Made by a program: the position numbers and the translations under genes. A model generated the notes under the pieces. The model was given only the letters and a program-made list of their open reading frames with translations, had not been told where the DNA came from and made no database searches. A stretch of 64,000 bases of DNA from a virus, in the IMG/VR virus record IMGVR_UViG_3300047323_000138, positions 23,352-87,351 of that record; one strand, given 5' to 3'. Positions 7,092 to 14,404 of the stretch are shown here, piece by piece. Each line of letters starts with the position of its first letter. Position 1 is the stretch's first letter.

Positions 7092-9599
7092 TTATGAAAC
7101 ATAAAGGTCCCCCAAAGTGCTTGTAAAAAAGTTCCAAGTAGCATTAGGGTTTGTTGATCCAATAGGTGTAGCCTTCAATTGTGAAGAGGCGTCAATAGAC
7201 CATGTGAACGATGGGAATGTTCCACCAGCACCAGTTAGAAGCCCAACAGCACTGACAGTTACCAATTGAGGAGCAAGAGACGTGGCTCCCTTAGCTACCT
7301 GAAGGATGTAATGTGCTGTCTCAGAAGCATTTGCATCGACTTGTTTAACTGTAATGAACAATACACCGGAAAAGTTGGTTGCTGTACCATCTTGTGAAAC
7401 ACAAGTACCAACCACGTTTCCGGTGGTTGTCAGGTTCTTGGAGATTGTCTGTGATGCAGTGTTGATCCTTTTAGATGAATAGTCCCTACGTGCTGTGCTG
7501 TTCTCGTCACGATTACCCACACCAGTGATAAAATCATAGGAAGTTCCCAGCGGGACGTTAACGGTGTTATATCTTGCTCTTGCTCCTTTGGAACCCTCAG
7601 AGTCAGTGGAGATAGATATCCCAGATGCTCCAGCAACGCCTGAGTGTAGATAACAGCCCTCAACAATAGCCTTACCTTTGTTTACCCTAATACCAGACCC
7701 ATTGAATTGGTATGCTGTTACGTCTTTTACAACAACATCGGGAAGAAGCTCAAGACCTCCGGTGGGGGAGATGTCACCGGTGACATCTGCCACGTTGTTC
7801 AGGAATGCACTAGTAATCATGTAGGCATTAGCTTTACTACCTACGGCAGAGCAGTTCTCAATGCTTGCATTTTGAGCACCGTATACCGAGAACGAATGTG
7901 ATCCGGAGGTGGGGTTCCTCTCTATAATATCAACACCGCGCATGACAACATGCTCGTGGTAGCCGCCAGAGGCCGCCGCGATAATAGCCACACCTGTTGC
8001 GGAGCCTGCTGCTGGAACATCACCTACACTGAGGGCAGACGGAAGAACTTCAATATTACTGGCGATACCACACTTGTACAAACGATGAGTACCTGTGAAA
8101 GCACCAATAGTTTTGTAAGTACCTGTGATAGCATCTTCCTTGGTTTCAGCTACTTTAATAGTGTTAGCGTCAACTACAATAGCGAAATAGTAATTGGCCC
8201 GTCCAAAACCAGTAATCGCTGTGTTGTTCTGGCGGGAGTAAATTAAAGGGTAACCTGTAGTCAATCCGTGCGCTGTCAGGGTGAGAGCATTTGCGGAAGA
8301 TGTGGTAAAATCGTATTTACCTAAAGTGTATGGCTCTATACCAATAACTTCACGCATAGTGTCGGTAGAGAACACCTGCATACTACCATGATCTACGTTC
8401 CCATATTGAAGGCCGAAGTTACCGCCTTTCTCACAGATAAGTTTTCCATAGCAGTTAGTGGACGGTCTGTTATATGGATAAAAAGCACTAACGCCTACGG
8501 CTCCACCCAAAGCAGTGCCATCTGAAATTACTTTCAAATCTAGGAATAGACCATCTGTATTATCTAGCAATATACCATGTTCAGCATGAGTACCAATACG
8601 AGCTACAGTGAATCCCTTCAAGGATATGTTCTTAAGTCTTGGTCCAGTGAATGGGCTTGCAAAGAACAGCTTACCAGAAGATGGAAACTTACAATAAATT
8701 GCAGGAGAATAGCTATCATCCCCCAAGATATCCATTGAAGACCACACATGTATTGTATCAGTGATCATGTACTTCTTGTTTCTTTTAAGCTTGATTGGTA
8801 AGCCCGAAGCTTCTGCTGCAAGGAAGGCTGGCGTACAATCCGTGCCAATCTGGGTATCTGGGTCATAGTCACCAACTGCACCAAACAATTCAATAGGCAC
8901 ACGAGAGTCACCAAGTATGGAGTAGATAGTGGCTGGTGTGCCATCAAGGTCAATACCGATCAAGGCCGCGCCTTTTAAATGATCGGAGTTGTTGGATAGA
9001 TCTGCGATATCAGCTTTAGTAGAAAGAAGCCCTTCAGTATACACAGCACTAGCTTCAGCGGCATTAGCCGAATCCAAAGAATCCTGTGCAGATGTGGAAG
9101 CTTCAGCAGCCTTAGTGGTGGATACACCCGCAGAAGTACTAGCAGATGATGCACTATTAGCCGAGTTAGTTGCAGAGGTTTGACTGGCTGTAGCACTGTT
9201 TGCAGATTGAGTAGCTGACGTACTCGCATTCGTAGCACTTACAGCAGCAGCATTCTTACTAGCCAATGCAGCAGCAGCGTCAGCTGCCACTTGAGCTACA
9301 AGAGGGTCTGAATGAGCTGTTTGACCAATCATCAACAGAGCATTAATAGTTGTCTCTGTTGTATCATCTGTAATTTCAATATTACCAATGCTTGTAAATG
9401 CATGGTAATCATTTACGAATACACTTACTTTATACCAGCCATTAGGGACATCAATTTCATATGCTCCATCCACATTTGTCTTAAAATCTTTAGTGACAAA
9501 CTGGAGAACATCTGGAGATGTGTTGTTAGCTGTAATCCGTACAAGTGAATTTGAATATGGAACACCTGTAGGGGTTAGAAGAATACCTGAAAGAATCAT
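7092..9599 (-). CDS. Tailspike/tail fibre, putative depolymerase
   Basis: Lambda-stf-like N-terminus, Ala/Ser-rich linker, ELFGAVGD...DCTPAFLAA beta-helix entry motif, beta-rich body. Confidence 0.8.
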   Translation of the reverse strand: MILSGILLTPTGVPYSNSLVRITANNTSPDVLQFVTKDFKTNVDGAYEIDVPNGWYKVSVFVNDYHAFTSIGNIEITDDTTETTINALLMIGQTAHSDPLVAQVAADAAAALASKNAAAVSATNASTSATQSANSATASQTSATNSANSASSASTSAGVSTTKAAEASTSAQDSLDSANAAEASAVYTEGLLSTKADIADLSNNSDHLKGAALIGIDLDGTPATIYSILGDSRVPIELFGAVGDYDPDTQIGTDCTPAFLAAEASGLPIKLKRNKKYMITDTIHVWSSMDILGDDSYSPAIYCKFPSSGKLFFASPFTGPRLKNISLKGFTVARIGTHAEHGILLDNTDGLFLDLKVISDGTALGGAVGVSAFYPYNRPSTNCYGKLICEKGGNFGLQYGNVDHGSMQVFSTDTMREVIGIEPYTLGKYDFTTSSANALTLTAHGLTTGYPLIYSRQNNTAITGFGRANYYFAIVVDANTIKVAETKEDAITGTYKTIGAFTGTHRLYKCGIASNIEVLPSALSVGDVPAAGSATGVAIIAAASGGYHEHVVMRGVDIIERNPTSGSHSFSVYGAQNASIENCSAVGSKANAYMITSAFLNNVADVTGDISPTGGLELLPDVVVKDVTAYQFNGSGIRVNKGKAIVEGCYLHSGVAGASGISISTDSEGSKGARARYNTVNVPLGTSYDFITGVGNRDENSTARRDYSSKRINTASQTISKNLTTTGNVVGTCVSQDGTATNFSGVLFITVKQVDANASETAHYILQVAKGATSLAPQLVTVSAVGLLTGAGGTFPSFTWSIDASSQLKATPIGSTNPNATWNFFTSTLGDLYVS

Positions 9600-9631
9600 A
9601 TTGTCCCTACTGGAATAATTATTGTTTTAGA

Positions 9632-9926
9632 ATTCTTAAGCGAACTTACAGGCAATGCCTTGCAATATTCATAATGAAGAAGAACGCTTAAGAAATGACC
9701 CTGTACTAAGCCTATACCGTAAGGAGAGGTACGTTACACGCTATCAAGGTCAGAAGACTAATTCACAGGAGAGGGAATGAATAGTCTTAATGCTGTCTGA
9801 GGAAGAGGAGAGAAAGACAGCTTTTGAAGATAATGCTTTATGTAGAATTTAAGTTCTTATCGCATTATCGGTGAAACTGGAATTAGTGCTCTGCTCACCC
9901 TCCCAACCGACATTCACTTTTGGAGG
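9632..9926 (-). ncRNA. Tandem hairpin array with anti-SD (CUCUCCU) loops, predicted 3' product of the hammerhead
   Basis: Seven consecutive inverted repeats; G-U wobbles favour the minus strand. Confidence 0.65.
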
Positions 9927-9928
9927 CT

Positions 9929-9975
9929 ACGCGACCTAATAAGGTTTCGACTTATCACAAAGTCTCATCAGGCGT
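9929..9975 (-). ncRNA. Hammerhead ribozyme (type I)
   Basis: ACGC-CUGAUGA-GACUU(uguGau)AAGUC-GAAA-CCU(uauu)AGG-UC^GCGU: full catalytic core, three perfect stems; cleavage predicted between 9933 and 9932. Confidence 0.92.
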
Positions 9976-10101
9976 GTTAAATAAGTGCGAATGCTGGATA
10001 CCTACTTGCAGAGCGGTGGTATCGTACGCTCGTAAATTAATGCTGGTGTTGTTTATCTCGTCTTTATCACGAGGTGGCAGAATCCAGCAACTGCGCATTC
10101 T

Positions 10102-10362
10102 TTAACAAGTGATCTGAACAGGACTTTGAAAGTCTGTCAACTTCCACTGTTTGAAGTAGTCTGAAGGATACACCCGAGTAGGTATGTCACCAACCCCTAC
10201 GAATACTTCTTTGTTACGATCAGGTGTACGCACTGGTGTGACCTTATCAAACACAAGCTTCAAATGATCTTTAATCATCAACCATTGGTTTTCAGAGATG
10301 GTGTCTGTGTCAGATAGTTCTACGAAGCCTTGAAGCCAGTATGTGAAGCTTTCGGAATTCAT
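10102..10362 (-). CDS. Hypothetical protein
   Basis: ORF track; SESFTYWLQGFVEL...IKDHLKLVF looks like a recurrent small phage protein; tightly follows upstream ORF. Confidence 0.65.
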   Translation of the reverse strand: MNSESFTYWLQGFVELSDTDTISENQWLMIKDHLKLVFDKVTPVRTPDRNKEVFVGVGDIPTRVYPSDYFKQWKLTDFQSPVQITC

Positions 10363-10364
10363 GG

Positions 10365-10499
10365 TTATTCTTCCATGCCAATTTCTTCACAACCAATATC
10401 AAGATATTCAAACAAAGCTTCTGGAGATTCAAAGTGAATAAGATTTTCACCACGATCTGTTGCTTCCATTACTTCTAGAGTTTTAGCACTTGGAATCAT
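10365..10499 (-). CDS. 44-aa peptide resembling the C-terminal segment of RelB/DinJ antitoxins
   Basis: Manual translation MIPSAKTLEVMEATDRGENLIHFESPEALFEYLDIGCEEIGMEE; SD AAGGA. Confidence 0.55.
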   Translation of the reverse strand: MIPSAKTLEVMEATDRGENLIHFESPEALFEYLDIGCEEIGMEE

Positions 10500-10558
10500 T
10501 TATATTTTCCTTTCGATATAAGAGTATAACATCTTTTAGATGAATTGTACACAATTAT

Positions 10559-10765
10559 TTAGTAGTCAATATGTTTTGAGCCGTCAGACTCAGATTCATA
10601 ATAAGCTTCAGTAATATCTTCAAATTGATATCGTTTAGGTTCATATTCATCAATATTGTAAACTACGTTTAGGCAAGCGGAGCAGAAATCCTCTTCTTGA
10701 CCATTTTCTTGCAACATTTTAAAGTTCCTCCACGTCAGAGGGACATTACAGCAACGACACCTCAT
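10559..10765 (-). CDS. Small Cys-rich (Zn-finger-like) protein
   Basis: CRCC...CSAC; SD AAGGA. Confidence 0.6.
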   Translation of the reverse strand: MRCRCCNVPLTWRNFKMLQENGQEEDFCSACLNVVYNIDEYEPKRYQFEDITEAYYESESDGSKHIDY

Positions 10766-10952
10766 CGGTGGATTCCTTTTGTTAGTTCAGGTTAGGTTCC
10801 ATTATACTCACATGGATATGTGTTCTGTCAAGTAAATTGAAAAATAAATATTATTTCTTATCTACCTTACAGAATGTTGTATCCCCCAATACTGTTTCCC
10901 AAGCTAAAAACATAGCTTCTCTCCTAAAAGCACATCCTTGTGCATAAATAAA

Positions 10953-11618
10953 TTATCTGCCGCATGAACCTACAAGGCTACAATTCGGAAAGTTTGGACA
11001 GCCAGCATGTAGGTAGGAAAACGCATCAGAATACCTCTTGTCCAAAACTAATGCTTTATTGTTACCTATTGATGCTAGATGAATTGTTAATCCGCACTTA
11101 TGCAACCAATGAGATAAATTCTCATATGAATGCTCATCAATGTCTGGTGAAACTTTAGCCAATTGCTTATAGAATTCCTCATGACTTGCATCTTGGTCAA
11201 TCACTATACCTTTAATTTTTGAGATTATAGGTTGAGATGCCATGTTAGGGTTCAACAATTTATTATAAATACCATTATCTTTTTCCTCCCAAATCATATC
11301 TGTCTCAATTCCTTGAGCCTCAGATTGGGTGAGCTTCTCTACCACCTTCGTAACAACCAACTCCTTCCCTTCGTGGAAATCTTTATTCAATTGAGAACAA
11401 GAGCTTTTACCACTTACACAGTGGCGGGATCTGTTTCCTTTACCCATCCCAATATATCTGAGTACACCATCAACGTGGCAAACATACACGTAGTAAATAT
11501 TCTGATGCTCTGGCGAAACAGGTGTTTGCATTTTAACTCTTTCTTCTTCGGTTGTCTTGCGGTTAGGACGCTCAATAACTCGTTTGATTGGGTCCATAAA
11601 GTCTTTACTAATTTTCAT
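10953..11618 (-). CDS. GIY-YIG family endonuclease
   Basis: YYVY-X9-YIG..K..R...H motif and downstream conserved E (QGIETDMI). Confidence 0.7.
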   Translation of the reverse strand: MKISKDFMDPIKRVIERPNRKTTEEERVKMQTPVSPEHQNIYYVYVCHVDGVLRYIGMGKGNRSRHCVSGKSSCSQLNKDFHEGKELVVTKVVEKLTQSEAQGIETDMIWEEKDNGIYNKLLNPNMASQPIISKIKGIVIDQDASHEEFYKQLAKVSPDIDEHSYENLSHWLHKCGLTIHLASIGNNKALVLDKRYSDAFSYLHAGCPNFPNCSLVGSCGR

Positions 11619-11626
11619 GTTTCATC

Positions 11627-12109
11627 CTAAAAAGGTAGTTGTGAATCATCCCAATCATCAACGGGCTGGTGCTTGTATGGTTTTGGTGTTTGCGCGGGTT
11701 TAGGTACTACTTTCTCCACATACTTAGGCTTTTCTTCCTCAAGTATCTTGAAGGCTGCGACACTACCTTCCCACAAAACTAAATCAGAATGCACCTTGTA
11801 GTAAAACCACCGCCATTGACCAGAATCGGGCCTCAACTTCTGACCTTCCATAATTCCATGATCAAGAAAGGATCTTAGGATTGTTCCTGCGGATTTATAC
11901 TCTACACCACAACATTTAGCGATTGTTGCTTGTGCTTCATAATGTTGACCTTTCAAGGTTTCAGTAAAGAACTCATTCTTACTGAGCATATAGGCATAAA
12001 TAATCTTACCACTTGCTGAGAGCTTTACAGCTTCTCCTGTCTTCTTACTAATGTACCCATCTGCCAATGCTAGGCTTTTGGGTAGTTTATAGAATTCATC
12101 TGTGTTCAC
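11627..12109 (-). CDS. Winged-helix protein resembling RepA_N/replication-initiator N-domains
   Basis: FYKLPKSL, LSASGKIIYAYML, HTH QATIAKCCGVEYKSAGTILRSF; acidic DDWDDSQLPF tail. Confidence 0.55.
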   Translation of the reverse strand: MNTDEFYKLPKSLALADGYISKKTGEAVKLSASGKIIYAYMLSKNEFFTETLKGQHYEAQATIAKCCGVEYKSAGTILRSFLDHGIMEGQKLRPDSGQWRWFYYKVHSDLVLWEGSVAAFKILEEEKPKYVEKVVPKPAQTPKPYKHQPVDDWDDSQLPF

Positions 12110-12165
12110 ATTGTTGTACCTTTAGTTATATTATTGTAAATCTAGAGTTTTTATGTTGCTATTTT

Positions 12166-12291
12166 CTATTTTGTCATATCTTGAATCTCCTTTAGTTTGA
12201 ACATGCATTTCAGAATAAAAGATTGTCGACTCATCTCACCACGATTCTCATCAATCCAAGAAAGTAGTGGTCGAGGGATAATCAAGCTCAT
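12166..12291 (-). CDS. Ribbon-helix-helix (CopG-like) protein, 41 aa
   Basis: Not in track. MSLIIPRPLLSWIDENRGEMSRQSFILKCMFKLKEIQDMTK with strand-helix-GxSR-helix pattern; SD AGGAG. Confidence 0.6.
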   Translation of the reverse strand: MSLIIPRPLLSWIDENRGEMSRQSFILKCMFKLKEIQDMTK

Positions 12292-12321
12292 TTTGTATCT
12301 CCTACGTTATTTATCTCATAG

Positions 12322-12588
12322 GTATAGGACAAAAGATCCCATACTCGTTTCTTTCTCTATCACTTCGTTCTTGCACCAAACAATGAATAAAAGAACAAAA
12401 GCTTTGCACTCTTAAATCAAGATCTTGCTGAATACCACAATCTTACGCTCTACCGAGCTGTTTGTAAAGTATAGGATATTAAATCCTATTAGCTTTTAAA
12501 ATCTATATTTTCTTTCTATCTTAATCATTCTATATAAAGAGACATTTTATCCTATACATATAACCTTAAATGTCCCATACCTATAGGA
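12322..12588. repeat. Palindromic operator/iteron-like sites GTATRGGA-N7-TCCYATAC
   Basis: Full sites 12322-12344 and 12469-12491; half sites 12550-12557, 12573-12580, 12581-12588; AT-rich intergenic DNA. Confidence 0.7.
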
Positions 12589-12640
12589 TAAATTAAGTAG
12601 CTTTTTAATTCCTTTCATCTTTGTTTCTTCATTCCCATAA

Positions 12641-12766
12641 AGATTAGCACCCTTCCCATGTATCTGTCAACCCTCACACCAAAATAATCCCTATTCCAAA
12701 TCAACCTAACCAAATATAAATTCTTTTAGCAATCCGCTTGCTTTCCACAAATCTGTAGCGTAATAT
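12641..12766. promoter_or_regulatory. Divergent sigma70-like promoters
   Basis: Minus: TTGACA(12670-12665)-N18-TAATCT; plus: TTGCTT(12738)-N17-TAATAT. Confidence 0.55.
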
Positions 12767-12803
12767 AGGTTCATCAAATACAGAAACACACAGGAGAGAA
12801 GAA

Positions 12804-13085
12804 ATGAATGTGCATTTTGAAGTCTGGACAACTGAAATTACACTGAACAAAGAGATGACCTTCTATAATCATTTGTGGTGGGATATGAAATCCAATCGAT
12901 ACGGTATCACACATTTTATTGAAAAATACGATGACGTTTGTGAGCACACCGCTTCGTATGAATTCTTCAGGAATGGTGAGATGTTGTGTTCAGGTGAAGG
13001 TGATCCAATTCCTCAAGATAAAATTGGTACAGGTGGGGTTAGTGTTATGGTGCAGATTGATTATGCGGAGTACGTGTTCAAATGA
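12804..13085 (+). CDS. Hypothetical protein
   Basis: SD AGGAG; first gene after promoter. Confidence 0.7.
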   Translation: MNVHFEVWTTEITLNKEMTFYNHLWWDMKSNRYGITHFIEKYDDVCEHTASYEFFRNGEMLCSGEGDPIPQDKIGTGGVSVMVQIDYAEYVFK

Positions 13086-13540
13086 GATATACACGCGGTA
13101 AATGGGTCGCTAGCTACCGAGATACATTCTCCCTAGACATCACCCTATCCCCAATCATCTACGCCGGACTCTCACGTTTCCACGATGTCTTAGAACAAAA
13201 GAATCGCGAAGGGAGATGTCTAGGTATCCCAAACGAATATATGAAAGACGAATCCAAGTGGGTGACAGACTCTGACGTACAAAATTGGCTAGACGACATC
13301 AAGAAGATGATGTATGCTTTCGAGAACAAAGAGCCTGATATAAGTTTGTATGGGTTTAAGCTAGAGATGGTGCCAGTTCCGGGAGGTGTTGCTAAAGAAG
13401 GCTGCTCAGTTCCCTACACAATCGAGTGTGATAATCTGGAAGAGAAAGCTAGATATCGTGCTGATTGTGTTGAGCATGAGAGGTTGGTGCAAGAAGGGTT
13501 GAATCTACTAGCACTTCGCTGGAAGTCTCTTTGGTGGTAA
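13082..13540 (+). CDS. Hypothetical protein
   Basis: ATGA overlap with upstream gene; 152 aa. Confidence 0.7.
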   Translation: MRYTRGKWVASYRDTFSLDITLSPIIYAGLSRFHDVLEQKNREGRCLGIPNEYMKDESKWVTDSDVQNWLDDIKKMMYAFENKEPDISLYGFKLEMVPVPGGVAKEGCSVPYTIECDNLEEKARYRADCVEHERLVQEGLNLLALRWKSLWW

Positions 13541-13563
13541 ATTAATTTAATAGGAGAAAGGAA

Positions 13564-13728
13564 ATGAGTGATTATATTGAAGCTGGCTACGAAACACGCA
13601 AACACTATCTAGAATCTCTAGCTGATGAATATAATGTAGATATTGAGGTAGTGTTTGCACTAGCTTCTCTACTTGGACGGAATGAAGACTTTGATGGTTT
13701 GATTAGCGCTTTGGAGGATTCACAGTGA
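13564..13728 (+). CDS. Small acidic hypothetical protein (54 aa)
   Basis: Manual ORF MSDYIEAGYETRKHYLESLADEY...; SD AGGAG; GTGA overlap with MTase. Confidence 0.65.
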   Translation: MSDYIEAGYETRKHYLESLADEYNVDIEVVFALASLLGRNEDFDGLISALEDSQ

Positions 13729-14402
13729 TTGACTTGTATCATGGTGATTGCATTGAACAACTTATGAATGTTTCAGATAATTCGGTTAACCTTATTCTAA
13801 CTGACCCACCCTATAATATTGCACGAAAGAATAATTTTCATACAATGGGGCGAGCTGGGATTGACTTTGGTGACTGGGATAAAGGCTTTGATTTATTCTC
13901 GTATATTAAAGAAATTCCCCGTATCTTGCACAAAGACGGATCTGTGATTATATTTAATGACTGGAAAAATATTGGCGAGATTGCACGTTGCTGTGAAGAG
14001 AACGGTTTGGTGATTAAAGATATGTTGCGTTGGGAGAAACTTAACCCTATGCCTCGTAATAAAGATCGTCGTTATATTACAGATTATGAAGTTGCTGTTT
14101 GGTGTACTAATACCAAAGCTAAATGGACATTTAACCCTCAGGCTGATACATATGATCGTCCAAAGTTTGTTGGTAGCCTGACTCCGGGAAAAGAAAAGAC
14201 TGGACATACTACACAGAAGCCAGTATATCTTATGGAGCAACTATTGAAAATTCATAGTAATCCTGAAGATGTTGTATTGGATATGTTTATGGGTAGTGGT
14301 ACAACTGGTGTAGCTTGTAAGAATCTTAATCGTAAATTTATTGGTATTGAGCTGGACGAAGCTTATTTCAACATTGCAAAGAATCGTATTATGGAAGTAT
14401 AA
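13725..14402 (+). CDS. DNA N6-A/N4-C methyltransferase (beta class)
   Basis: DPPY, HTTQKP, DMFMGSGTTG motifs in beta order. Confidence 0.93.
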   Translation: MIDLYHGDCIEQLMNVSDNSVNLILTDPPYNIARKNNFHTMGRAGIDFGDWDKGFDLFSYIKEIPRILHKDGSVIIFNDWKNIGEIARCCEENGLVIKDMLRWEKLNPMPRNKDRRYITDYEVAVWCTNTKAKWTFNPQADTYDRPKFVGSLTPGKEKTGHTTQKPVYLMEQLLKIHSNPEDVVLDMFMGSGTTGVACKNLNRKFIGIELDEAYFNIAKNRIMEV

Positions 14403-14404
14403 TA

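Noticed and set aside
9632-9926. CRISPR array
   Set aside because: Stems differ in sequence; no identical direct repeats with regular spacers and no cas genes
5418-10101. tRNA genes in the intergenic gaps of the terminase region
   Set aside because: No cloverleaf with a GTTCRA T-loop and acceptor stem found by eye; tRNAscan-SE would be decisive
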